DNA of 64,000 nt from an uncultured delta proteobacterium. Its GTDB lineage: Bacteria > Myxococcota_A > Polyangia > Fen-1088. The notes under the pieces were generated by a model. That model searched no databases and was not told the DNA's origin. It saw nothing but the letters and a program-made list of their open reading frames with translations. Positions within the stretch are counted from its first letter, which is position 1; every line of letters begins with the position of its first letter. This document shows, in pieces, positions 1 to 8,866 of this stretch. Made by a program: the position numbers and the translations under genes. The stretch lies in the NCBI GenBank assembly GCA_963737265.1, contig CAVTRY010000011.1, positions 160,001 through 224,000 of the forward strand, given 5' to 3'.

Positions 1-852
1 GGTGAGGTTGGCGCCTCCGCACGCGTGCGCGCGGGTCGCGCAGCGCAAGCTGGCCGACTCATTCGCGAGCGTCGTATTTAGGCTTGAGCTGAACAGTCCG
101 TCGTCGGGCGCGGCCGAACAGTCATCCTCGTCGCTGAGGAAGACAAGGCCAAGATACGCGGAGGCGCGAAGCATCTGTTGCTGGGCCGTCAAAGCTGTAT
201 CGTCGGCACCCGTCAAGATGTGAGGTCGAAGTGCGAATTCGAAGGCCTGCAACTGATGCTCGAAACCGCACCCCTGAGTGCCGAGCCCACTGGCCAAACA
301 GGTGAACACGGTGTTGATGTCGGCTTTGGGATTCGTGGAATTGAAGTTCGCTACGATACCAGTCTTTGTGTTTTGATAGTCGATCCAGAGCGCATTGGGA
401 TCCTTCATGTTACACCCCGTTGCGCCGATCATACGGAACTTGCCCGCGTCGCCGAAGGGATCGTTGCCGTTGCTCGCATTGGGGCCGCAGGATCCGCTGC
501 CGATGGCGCCCGCGGTGCCGAGGTCGCTATCGATGATCGCGACCCGCAAATCCGGTAGAGTGCCGTCGTTGGGATCCTGGAGCGCCGCTATCAGCGTGGG
601 AAAGTTGGCTTGCAGCTTGGCTTGCTTGGGCGCCATGGAGGGCGAGTTGTCGATCATGAACACCAGGTCTAGCTGCCGGACGGGAGAGATGGGAATGTAA
701 AGGCTGGTCTGCTGCTGCGGCTGAGGCGTGGGCTGCGCGAGCGGGTGCGAGGTGCAGGCCCACCAGACGAGCGGCAACGTTGGGATGATCATTGCCCAGC
801 GGAGGCATCGCCAGCTCAAAAGGTGAGTGATGCGGAGTGAATTGCGAACCAT
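1..852 (-). CDS. myxobacterial vWA-domain lipoprotein (3' end runs off the window)
   Basis: Manual translation from ATG 852, with GGAGGG upstream: MVRNSLR...LVWWACTSHP (lipobox-like Cys), then LDLVFMIDNSPSM (MIDAS DxSxS) and DLRVAIIDSDLG. It is absent from the ORF track, consistent with no stop before the window edge. Confidence 0.8.
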   Translation of the reverse strand, partial: MVRNSLRITHLLSWRCLRWAMIIPTLPLVWWACTSHPLAQPTPQPQQQTSLYIPISPVRQLDLVFMIDNSPSMAPKQAKLQANFPTLIAALQDPNDGTLPDLRVAIIDSDLGTAGAIGSGSCGPNASNGNDPFGDAGKFRMIGATGCNMKDPNALWIDYQNTKTGIVANFNSTNPKADINTVFTCLASGLGTQGCGFEHQLQAFEFALRPHILTGADDTALTAQQQMLRASAYLGLVFLSDEDDCSAAPDDGLFSSSLNTTLANESASLRCATRAHACGGANLT

Positions 853-908
853 GGGAACCCTCCTAGTGCAACGACCGAGATGGTGTTGCGTCTCGATGGC
901 TACCTTAC

Positions 909-924
909 AGCAAGAGGCGGGCCG
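909..924 (-). promoter_or_regulatory. putative sigma54 -24/-12 promoter of the vWA lipoprotein gene
   Basis: Minus strand CGGCCCG-CCTC-TTGCT fits TGGCACG-N4-TTGCW with correct GG/GC spacing, about 57 bp upstream of the ATG. Confidence 0.55.
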
Positions 925-1104
925 AAGGAAACTCTAGAAAACATTCGGAATCACAAGACTTCAGCCCACCCCAAGCCAACAAACTTGGCCTCCGCGGCAA
1001 CTAAGTTGACATCCCTGCGTCGGACCAACCACCTCAAAACCACCTCAGGCAGCGCAAGGAATCTACCACGCTCGGAACTTGCGGCCAGCGTGTATTGTGT
1101 CGGT

Positions 1105-2835
1105 ATGAGGCGAACCCGCCACCACCGAAGGAGCCAGTCCCGGGAACAACCTGGCGCCGCGGCGTCGTCTGCTGTGACCAATATCGTCGGCAGTTGGGGA
1201 CGACGGGATCGCGACGCCCTGGTGGTCATCATCGGCGCGATTGTCGCGTGCTGCTTCCCGGTTTTCGGGGCCGGTTTCACCAACTGGGATGACGATCGCT
1301 TCATCACCGGTAATCCACTCTTTCATGGGTCGGTGACCAGCTACGTGGTCGCGGCCTTCACCCGGGTGCAGTTTCAGGCCTATCACCCGCTGCACCTGCT
1401 GTCCTACTTGCCTGACCGCCTGCTCTGGCCAACCCAGCCGGCTGGGTTTCATGCCCTAAATGTGGCGCTTTTCGCGCTGGCGCTGGTGCTGGTTTTTCTC
1501 CTGTTGCGGCGTTGCGTGGCAACATGGCCGGCGGTGGCGGCGACCTTGCTGGTGGGCCTCCATCCCATGGCGGTCGAGTCGGTGGCTTGGGTGGTGGGGC
1601 GCAAGGACATCCTGGCGCTGCTGCTGCTTGTGTCGACCTTGCTGGTTGCCGATCGCGAACCGCGCACGACCAGGTCCACGGTCGTGGCATGCGGGCTCGC
1701 GCTCGCGGCATGTTTGGCCAAAACCTCGGCTGTCGTGCTCCCCATCGTGCTGTTCGCGTGGCTCCATTTCGCGCGCCAGGTACCTGTGCGGGCGGCGCTT
1801 CGTCGTTGCTTGCCGTTCGCCGGCATCGCGCTGCTGTTCGCGCTGCCCGTTCCCCTGATCTGGCGGCACAACCAGATGATTCCGCCTGGCCGGCCGCTGC
1901 CCTTCGTGCTGGACGTCTTGGGCACGCTCGGCATCTACGCCCGCCGGGTAGTCGTGCCGGTCGACCTGTCGCCGGTGTATCCAGCCATGGTGTCGGGGCA
2001 GGTGCTGGCTGGGCTCGTCACGGGGGCGGTGCTGCTGGCCGCGGTCGCGTTTTGGCACCGACTGCCGCCGGCGGCGAAGTTTGCCCTGGTCGGATTCATC
2101 GGCTGCCTGCTGCCGGTCGCCAACATTACGCCACTCTATTTTCGCTTCGCCGACCGCTACGCGCTGCTCGCCGTCGCGGTGCTGGCCTGGCCGGTGGCGG
2201 CGCTGCTGGCTTGGCCGCGGGTCGCTGCGCGTAGGATCGGCTACGTCCTGGTGCCGTTGCTTCTCGGCCTCGAATTGTGGACGACCTCGCACCTTGCTCT
2301 TGCGTGGAAGGATTCGCTTTCTCTCTGGCAACACGCCGTGGAGGCGCAGCCGAGGGCGGTGTTTGCCCACTTGAAGCTGGGCGAAACCTTGCTCCAGCAG
2401 GGGCTCTTTCGCGAGGCCGCGGCCAGCTACTTGAACGCCGGGCAGCTCGAACCCGGCGGCCTCAAGGGCCCGGCGGGATTTCTGCGCACCATGGGCGAGA
2501 AAGCAGAGGCCGAGGGTCGCATTTCAGCCGGCAGCTATCGACAGTGGGAGCAGGCCATCGCCAAACCCGGCTTCGATGCGCGCCAGATGGACGCGCTCAT
2601 CGCTTCGGTCGACCAGTCGAAGTGTCACTCGTGCGCCGAGGGGCTGCTGTGGCTCGCACTGCGCATGTTTCCACAGCCCGACCCGACGCTCGTGGCACGC
2701 GCGCGCATGGCGCTCGACCGCGGTCGGACCAGCACGGCCATGGTCTACCTCGGAGAGGTGCGCGACGCGAACGCCGAAGGGCTGGCCGAGATCGTTCGGG
2801 CACTCAGCTCACCAGGGGGCGACGCTACTCGATAA
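1105..2835 (+). CDS. TMTC-like GT-C membrane glycosyltransferase with C-terminal TPRs
   Basis: GFTNWDDDRFITGNP (DD motif after TM1), YHPL, HPMAVESVAWVVGRKDIL, ADRY and WKDSLSLW, followed by TPR-like helices. Start is uncertain (ORF open from 880). Confidence 0.8.
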   Translation: MRRTRHHRRSQSREQPGAAASSAVTNIVGSWGRRDRDALVVIIGAIVACCFPVFGAGFTNWDDDRFITGNPLFHGSVTSYVVAAFTRVQFQAYHPLHLLSYLPDRLLWPTQPAGFHALNVALFALALVLVFLLLRRCVATWPAVAATLLVGLHPMAVESVAWVVGRKDILALLLLVSTLLVADREPRTTRSTVVACGLALAACLAKTSAVVLPIVLFAWLHFARQVPVRAALRRCLPFAGIALLFALPVPLIWRHNQMIPPGRPLPFVLDVLGTLGIYARRVVVPVDLSPVYPAMVSGQVLAGLVTGAVLLAAVAFWHRLPPAAKFALVGFIGCLLPVANITPLYFRFADRYALLAVAVLAWPVAALLAWPRVAARRIGYVLVPLLLGLELWTTSHLALAWKDSLSLWQHAVEAQPRAVFAHLKLGETLLQQGLFREAAASYLNAGQLEPGGLKGPAGFLRTMGEKAEAEGRISAGSYRQWEQAIAKPGFDARQMDALIASVDQSKCHSCAEGLLWLALRMFPQPDPTLVARARMALDRGRTSTAMVYLGEVRDANAEGLAEIVRALSSPGGDATR

Positions 2836-2846
2836 GGACTTCTAGT

Positions 2847-3965
2847 CTAGTTCGTGTCCGCCGCCCCCGCGTCGGGCGGCAGGGCGAGGATGGTTTCGGG
2901 CGGGGGCGGGCCTTGCGGCGCGCTGGATGTGACGCGCTTGGGCTTGTGGGTGACGATCCAGTCCGCGACCCGGGCGACGTCGCCAAAACGTGTGAGCTCA
3001 CCCTCGGTGCCGAGGAACGACATGCCGTAGTTGTGGCCGTCAATGGCGGCCGCAAGCACGAGACAGTAGCGTGCGGAATCATTGTAGCCGGTCTTGCCGC
3101 CGAGGATCTGGACATTGGCGCGAGCGGCTGGATGGTTGGTGTTGGCATAGTGGATGGGCGGTCGCGAAACCGGATGGGCGTTGTACTCGGGCTTGCGCAC
3201 GATGGGGCCGAGCACCGGCTGGGCCATGGCGGCCTTGAGCAGCTCGATGGTTTCGCGCGGGGTCGATTGATTGTCGCTGGAGAGTCCGGTGGGCTCTCGA
3301 AAGCGGGTGAAACGCAGACCCAGGGATGCGACCTTGCGATTCATGGCGGTGGTGAATTGCGACGTGCCGAGCCCCACGGCGCGGCCGAGGGCTGAGATGG
3401 CGCGATTGTCGGAGCCGAGCAGGGCGGCGTGCAGGAGATCCCGGTTCGACAGCGTCATTCCTTCGAGCAGGCGCGACTTGGCGCCGCCGCGGGCGACGTC
3501 CATGTCGACTTTCTTGATGGTCGTCAGCCCGTCGAGATCCAGGTTCTTGTCCATCACGGTCAGGGTGGCGGCCAGCTTGGAGATGGACGCAATCGCGTGC
3601 GGGCCGTCGGGCCGTCGCGCGAATAGCTCCTGCCCGCTGTCGAGATCGACGACCAGCGCGCCGGTCGACTGGACGTTGGGCTGGTTGCCCTTCATCGCGA
3701 CCACGTGCACTTCGGTGGGGTGGTGATGTTTCTTGGCTGGCTTGCCCGTCTTGCTCGGCTTGCCCGCCTTTTTCCCGGACTTCTTGCTCTTGGTTTTCCT
3801 CGTGGCGCTCGCCGCCGGCTTGCCGGTTTTCTTGGCCGGCTTCTTCTTGGCCTGGGTCGTGGCCGCGGTCGCCGGAGCCGTCGGCGCCAGCGCGAGCAAG
3901 GCCGCGAAGGTCGCCAGCGTGGCAAGCAGTCCGGCGCGCCGAGGGGTCGAGAAGTTTCGTGTCAT
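2847..3965 (-). CDS. D-alanyl-D-alanine endo/carboxypeptidase, peptidase S11 (PbpG-like)
   Basis: ASISK (SxxK), SDN (SxN) and KTG motifs; signal peptide and Lys-rich N-terminal linker. Confidence 0.88.
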   Translation of the reverse strand: MTRNFSTPRRAGLLATLATFAALLALAPTAPATAATTQAKKKPAKKTGKPAASATRKTKSKKSGKKAGKPSKTGKPAKKHHHPTEVHVVAMKGNQPNVQSTGALVVDLDSGQELFARRPDGPHAIASISKLAATLTVMDKNLDLDGLTTIKKVDMDVARGGAKSRLLEGMTLSNRDLLHAALLGSDNRAISALGRAVGLGTSQFTTAMNRKVASLGLRFTRFREPTGLSSDNQSTPRETIELLKAAMAQPVLGPIVRKPEYNAHPVSRPPIHYANTNHPAARANVQILGGKTGYNDSARYCLVLAAAIDGHNYGMSFLGTEGELTRFGDVARVADWIVTHKPKRVTSSAPQGPPPPETILALPPDAGAADTN

Positions 3966-3999
3966 TGCGTCCATCGGTTGCGGTTGGTGGGCTGTCGTA

Positions 4000-5103
4000 T
4001 CACGCCAGGCGCATCGAGCGAAAGCGCGCACGCAACCAATCGACCGCCTGACGGCTGAAGCGGGTCTTGAGCAAGGACACCCCGAGCATGAGCAGGGTGA
4101 GCGCCGCCATCAGCAGCGCGGCGGCGGGCAGATGGAATTTTCCGCGCAGGGCATAGACCAAGCTGCCGTAGCAGAGCTCGACGTGAATCCAGTAGACGAG
4201 CAGCGAGGTTCGCCCGAGTTGGCGCAGCACCGAGAAGCGGCCGTGCAGCGCGCGGCACCACACAAAGCCAATCCCGGCCAGGATGCCGATGATGCCGAGG
4301 CGATGAAAGAAGGTGCCAGGCCCCATCTGCTGCACGACTTCCGACGGATAGCGAATGATGAACGGGTCGATGCGGCGGACGATCGCCACGGCGGAGGCCA
4401 TCACGGCGCCAGCCAGAAAGGTGAAGAGAAAACAGCGCGCAAGTAGCCGCGCGTCGCGATTGGCTCGTAGCCAGAGGTGTCCCACGGCAACGCCGACCAA
4501 CGCCCACGTGCCCCACGGGAAAAGCGAAAACCAGGCCATCGGCCGCTGTCCGCCGACGTAGGAAGTCAGCGGCCGAGGCAACCAAGCGGGAAAGTGAGCG
4601 GGGCCGATGAAAGGTCCGAGCCCAAGAAAAATCCCGGCCAGCACCAGCGATGGAAATATCTGTCGCCGCCCGTTGCGCGGTGTCGCGACCAGCGCGACCA
4701 CCAGCATGGACGCGCCGATGGCGTTTAAAATGTCGATGCGAAAAAGGGCTTCCCAGCCGCCATAAAAGCGGGAAAGCAGCCATTCCTGTAGGCGAAACAG
4801 ATAGGCCAGGGCGATGACTTGCAGCCCGCGGTTGGCCAGGCGCGCGCGCATGGTTCGGCCCTCCACGCCGCCAGCCAGGCCAGACTCGAACTGAATCGCG
4901 GCCGAGACACCGACGAGCAGAAGAAACAGGCGGGCAGGAATTCCGCTGGCGATCTTGATGATGGCGTAGGCCGCCCCACTTTTCGCCGCGGGTAAAAGCC
5001 AGGCATCGGATCCGTGCGCCACGATCATCAGGACCACGGCCACGCCGCGCAACCAGTCCACGACTTCGATCCGGCGCGGCTTGGCGGAAGGAGGGGACTG
5101 CAT
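4000..5103 (-). CDS. DUF1624 / HGSNAT-like membrane acyltransferase
   Basis: RIEVVDWLRGVAVVLMIVAH N-terminal motif, FRIDILNAIG, LGRTSLLVYWIH; multiple TM helices. Confidence 0.8.
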   Translation of the reverse strand: MQSPPSAKPRRIEVVDWLRGVAVVLMIVAHGSDAWLLPAAKSGAAYAIIKIASGIPARLFLLLVGVSAAIQFESGLAGGVEGRTMRARLANRGLQVIALAYLFRLQEWLLSRFYGGWEALFRIDILNAIGASMLVVALVATPRNGRRQIFPSLVLAGIFLGLGPFIGPAHFPAWLPRPLTSYVGGQRPMAWFSLFPWGTWALVGVAVGHLWLRANRDARLLARCFLFTFLAGAVMASAVAIVRRIDPFIIRYPSEVVQQMGPGTFFHRLGIIGILAGIGFVWCRALHGRFSVLRQLGRTSLLVYWIHVELCYGSLVYALRGKFHLPAAALLMAALTLLMLGVSLLKTRFSRQAVDWLRARFRSMRLA

Positions 5104-5152
5104 TGCGCTGGCAGACTACCAGGGCAGCGGTGGAAAAAGGTAGAGTAGGGCG

Positions 5153-6001
5153 GTGGAAATTTCGCTCGCCTATTCGGTCGATGCCGATGATGCATTCATG
5201 TTCCATGCGCTGGCCCGAGGCGCTGTCGATGCGCGCGGGCTCACCTTCGTTCATTGTCGAGGAGACACGGCCTGGCTGAACGAGCTTGCGCAGTCGGGCG
5301 GGGCGGATGTGGTGGCGATTTCCGCTGGCGCCTATCCGCGGGTGGCCGATAGGTATTTGCTGCTGCCCCATGGCGCGTCGGTGGGGCGTGGTTTTGGCCC
5401 GGTGGTGGTGGCGAAACGGCCTATGACGCTGGCCGATCTGGCCGGGCGACGCGTCGCCATCCCCGGTCTTTCCACGACCGCGTTTCTGGTGTTGCGCCTG
5501 ATGCAACCCGAGGTCGTGCCGGTCGTGGTGCCCATCGCCCCGTTTGCACGCGTCTTCGAAGCGCTCGAGCGTGGCGAGGTCGACGCCGCCCTGCTCATCC
5601 ACGAAGGCCGCCTGATCTACCAAAACCGTGGCTGCGTGCGCGTGGCCGAGCTCGGCGAGTGGTGGTTGCAGGAAACCGGGCTGCCCTTGCCCCTCGGCGT
5701 GAATGTGATCAGGCGCGCCTTGGGCGCGGCGACGGTCGGGCTGGTTTCGGACATCTTGCGTGAGGCCATCGCGTATGCCTTCAGCCACCGCGCCGAAGTA
5801 ATTCGCGCAATTGCCAGCGAGGTCCGGGGCGAGGCCGCCCTGGCGGAAACGGCATTGCTCGATCGTTACCTCGGCATGTACGCCAACGAAGACACCCGAG
5901 CCATGGCGCCGGACGTGCGCAACGCCATCGACGTGCTCTTCGCGCGGGCCGCACGAGCCGGCCTGATGCCGGCAGGCTGCCAAGTCGATTGGGCGCCGTA
6001 G
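5153..6001 (+). CDS. mqnD: 1,4-dihydroxy-6-naphthoate synthase (MqnA/MqnD family)
   Basis: SxDADDAFMF, GASVGRGFGP, IPGLSTTA, LLIHEGRL and ELGEWWLQETGLPLPLG motifs. Confidence 0.85.
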   Translation: MEISLAYSVDADDAFMFHALARGAVDARGLTFVHCRGDTAWLNELAQSGGADVVAISAGAYPRVADRYLLLPHGASVGRGFGPVVVAKRPMTLADLAGRRVAIPGLSTTAFLVLRLMQPEVVPVVVPIAPFARVFEALERGEVDAALLIHEGRLIYQNRGCVRVAELGEWWLQETGLPLPLGVNVIRRALGAATVGLVSDILREAIAYAFSHRAEVIRAIASEVRGEAALAETALLDRYLGMYANEDTRAMAPDVRNAIDVLFARAARAGLMPAGCQVDWAP

Positions 6002-6005
6002 CGGG

Positions 6006-6683
6006 CTATTTCGTCAGCACCGCCAGCGCCGCCTGGCACGCGGCCGCCGCAGCCTGCTTCGCGTGTCGTTGCCACTCGCGATGTCCGGCGGGTCCGACGT
6101 GATTGGCGATGCCCAGCACGGCGGCGAACGAAACCTTCGCGAGCGCGGCGGCGCGGGCGACGGCAAAGGCCTCCAGGTTTTCGAGCGCGCAGCCGGAGAG
6201 CTCGCCAGCGGCAGCGGCTGCTCTGGCGGTGGCGGTAATGCCGAGCGGGCACGCGACATCGGCGCGTGGAAGCCCGACAGTCTTTTGCAGTGTGCGAACA
6301 AGGGCAGCGGACGAGCTTGTCGCTTTCGGCAGAACCGCCGGCAGGAAGGCATGATGGCCGGGAAGGATCTCGGGCAGCAGCGCAATCTTGCCGGCGACGG
6401 CAGCCGTGCCGATTGCGAGCGCCGCCGTGAAATTCGGATAGACGCCAGCCGTCCCAATCAGCATGACCGCGTCCGGAGAATGCTCGGCGATGAGCCGGCT
6501 GGCACCGATCGCTGCTTCGACCAGGCCCACGCCGACGGATTTCAAGGTTACACGCGGTCGCAGGGCAGCCGGCAGCGCCGATTCGAGGTGCGCCAGCTCA
6601 GGCGGCCAAGCCGAGACGACCAGCCAGCGCCGGGATTGTTTTGAAGATGTGGTTCGTGTGCGAGGTCGGTGCATCTGTTCCAC
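6006..6683 (-). CDS. mqnB: futalosine hydrolase-like nucleosidase (PNP_UDP family)
   Basis: GVGLVEAA, IGTAG, ENLEAFAVA and GIANHVG..HREW motifs; adjacent to mqnD. Confidence 0.65.
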   Translation of the reverse strand: MEQMHRPRTRTTSSKQSRRWLVVSAWPPELAHLESALPAALRPRVTLKSVGVGLVEAAIGASRLIAEHSPDAVMLIGTAGVYPNFTAALAIGTAAVAGKIALLPEILPGHHAFLPAVLPKATSSSAALVRTLQKTVGLPRADVACPLGITATARAAAAAGELSGCALENLEAFAVARAAALAKVSFAAVLGIANHVGPAGHREWQRHAKQAAAAACQAALAVLTK

Positions 6684-6739
6684 AAGTGTTGCGTTTCAAG
6701 CCTCGCTGGTATATTGCCGGTTTCGAGCCGCAAGCGTCC

Positions 6740-7420
6740 ATGGCCCAACGGATCATCGTCATACCCGCCTTCAACGAGGAACGCACGATAGCCGAGGTCG
6801 TGCGCGGGGCGGTGAAAATTGCGGAGCGCGTGGTGGTCGTCGACGATGGCTCGCGCGATCGCACCGGGGCGCTCGCCAGGGAAGCCGGAGCGCTGGTGGT
6901 CCGGCACGCGGTCAACCGCGGCGTCGGCGCCGCCCTCGGCACCGGCATCGAGGCCGCGGTTTACTTGAACGCCGACGCCGTGGTCACCATGGATGCCGAC
7001 GGCCAGCATCTCGCCGAGGATGCCGCGCGCGTTTTTGAACGGCTGGCACGCGGCGATGTGGATTTCGTGATCGGCTCGCGCATGAAGAGGGGCGACCAGC
7101 CGGGCAACATGCCCGCCCACCGCGTGCTCTTCAACACCATTGGCAACCTGCTCACCTTCGCGCTCTTCGGCGTGTGGGTCAGCGACAGCCAAAGCGGCCT
7201 GCGCGGGCTTTCGCACCAGGCGGCTCGCACCATCGAGCTGCGTACCAACGGGATGGAATCGCTGTCCGAGTTCATCAAAGAGATGAAGGACAGGCGTTGG
7301 CGCTTCGACGAGGTTCCCATCAAGGCCGTCTACACCGATTATTCGCTGTCCAAGGGGCAGAACTTCTTCGTCGGCGTGAAGGTGGCCATCAAGCTCATCT
7401 TCAGGCGGTTCATCGGCTAG
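6740..7420 (+). CDS. GT2 glycosyltransferase (polyprenol-phosphate sugar synthase, DPM1-like)
   Basis: IPAFNEE, VVDDGSRD, TMDADGQH and DSQSGLR motifs. Confidence 0.88.
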   Translation: MAQRIIVIPAFNEERTIAEVVRGAVKIAERVVVVDDGSRDRTGALAREAGALVVRHAVNRGVGAALGTGIEAAVYLNADAVVTMDADGQHLAEDAARVFERLARGDVDFVIGSRMKRGDQPGNMPAHRVLFNTIGNLLTFALFGVWVSDSQSGLRGLSHQAARTIELRTNGMESLSEFIKEMKDRRWRFDEVPIKAVYTDYSLSKGQNFFVGVKVAIKLIFRRFIG

Positions 7421-7423
7421 TCC

Positions 7424-7807
7424 ATGCACGCCATCCAAATCGTTCTGACTTGTTTTGCGGTCTTTGCCGTTTCGCGCGTCTTGATCCGCTACCGGCGCGG
7501 CGGCCTACGCATGCTGCACCTCGGGCTGTGGTTGCTGTTCTGGGCGGGCGTCATTGTTGTGGCCTTGCGGCCCGAGACCACCAACCTGTTTGCCAACTGG
7601 CTCGGCGTCGGCCGCGGCGTCGACACCGCGATGTACCTGGCGCTGCTGATGATCTTCTATTTGCTCTTTCGCTCGTTCGGCAAGATCGAAGACCTCGACC
7701 GCCAGCTCACCCGCGTGGTGCGCGCGAACGCCCTTCGCGAAATGGAAACCGATTTGGCTGCTGTCCGGGATGGGGCGAAGCCGCCGGACAAGAGCGGCGT
7801 GGAGTAG
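7424..7807 (+). CDS. DUF2304-family membrane protein
   Basis: Three TM segments, LGVGRGVD and a C-terminal coiled coil (LTRVVRANAL); usual partner of DPM1-like GT2. Confidence 0.8.
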   Translation: MHAIQIVLTCFAVFAVSRVLIRYRRGGLRMLHLGLWLLFWAGVIVVALRPETTNLFANWLGVGRGVDTAMYLALLMIFYLLFRSFGKIEDLDRQLTRVVRANALREMETDLAAVRDGAKPPDKSGVE

Positions 7808-7840
7808 AGAGTGCGGGCGGGCGGACTTGGGTGGTGCTAG

Positions 7841-8866
7841 CTAGCGCAGGATTCCCTGCACGTCGCCAAGCATGGTTCCCGCGTCGGACGACAGCTTGAA
7901 CCAGCCGAGCGATCGTTCGCTGCGGGCGTAGAGCGTGTCCTTCGCGTCTTTCTCTACCGATGAGGCCACAGCGGCCACTTTCGCGATCTCGACAAAACCA
8001 AGGCGGCGGCCACGCGCGCTGTAGTCGATGCGCAGGTCGAGCTGGGGCGCTCCCTCGGCCGGAGCTTCGTCCTTGCCCAGCACCTCGACGGGCCAGACCG
8101 AGAAGATGCGGTCGTGCCAGGTTTTTGCCGCCGCGTCCGGCTTGTCGGGCGTGCCCGCCGCGGCCAAGCGCACGCCGTCTTCGCTATTGGAAATCAGGAA
8201 TTCGCGGCGAGTCGTTCCGCGCGTAACGACCATGCGGTCGGCATCTTCAAGTCGGAAAGTATGCACGCGGCGTTCGACCAGGAGTGACGTCGCGCTGGCG
8301 AAGTCCGACAAGAACGAACGCCCGACCACATAGACGCGACCGTCCTGCTCGTCGCGCAGGTAGGGCTCGCCGCCGCCGGGTGGAGCGGGCGCGATGGCGA
8401 AGGTTCGCTTGCCGTTGCGCAGGGTGAGCGAGATTCGCTTCTGTGAGGAGGCGAGTCCCAGATCCTTGAGCTTGTCGGCGGCGAGAACACCGAGGCCGCA
8501 GCTGGCGCGCAGGGGCGCGAAGCTGGCGAACAGCTTTTCCGCGGCGTCACTGCCGCGCACCACGCGGTCGGGTGTCTTGCTTCCCGCGGCGGCCGGCTCT
8601 TTCGCCCCAGCCGTCTTTTTTGCCTCCTCCTGCGGCGAAAGGTGCACCGAGATAAACGGTCCATTGTCGTCGGCGGCACGGCCGAGCTCGACCCAGGTGG
8701 ATTTTTCCTGGTCCGCGAAGCGCACGCCGACGAGCTCGCCCTTGCTCACGTCCACGACCACCACCTCGCCGGGGGCCAATTCGGCGTCGCGCTGCCAGGT
8801 GAAATACGCGGCGACGAGCGCAGCCAGCGCCAAGGCCCCCTGCACGGCGACTTGACGGTACGTCAT
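7841..8866 (-). CDS. DUF4340-like ABC accessory protein
   Basis: N-terminal anchor, LKDLGL and YLRDEQDGRVYVV; ATGA-coupled to the GldG-like gene. Confidence 0.7.
   Translation of the reverse strand: MTYRQVAVQGALALAALVAAYFTWQRDAELAPGEVVVVDVSKGELVGVRFADQEKSTWVELGRAADDNGPFISVHLSPQEEAKKTAGAKEPAAAGSKTPDRVVRGSDAAEKLFASFAPLRASCGLGVLAADKLKDLGLASSQKRISLTLRNGKRTFAIAPAPPGGGEPYLRDEQDGRVYVVGRSFLSDFASATSLLVERRVHTFRLEDADRMVVTRGTTRREFLISNSEDGVRLAAAGTPDKPDAAAKTWHDRIFSVWPVEVLGKDEAPAEGAPQLDLRIDYSARGRRLGFVEIAKVAAVASSVEKDAKDTLYARSERSLGWFKLSSDAGTMLGDVQGILR

Noticed and set aside
3962-5983. Long alternative-frame and antisense ORFs (e.g. 3962..5983, 13693..15636, 15716..16861, 59672..60937)
   Set aside because: They are shadows of well-supported genes in high-GC DNA, with Arg/Pro/Gly-rich translations and no family motifs.
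5153-6683. Futalosine-pathway genes as a novelty
   Set aside because: This is a known menaquinone route in deltaproteobacterial lineages. The convergent arrangement alone is unremarkable.
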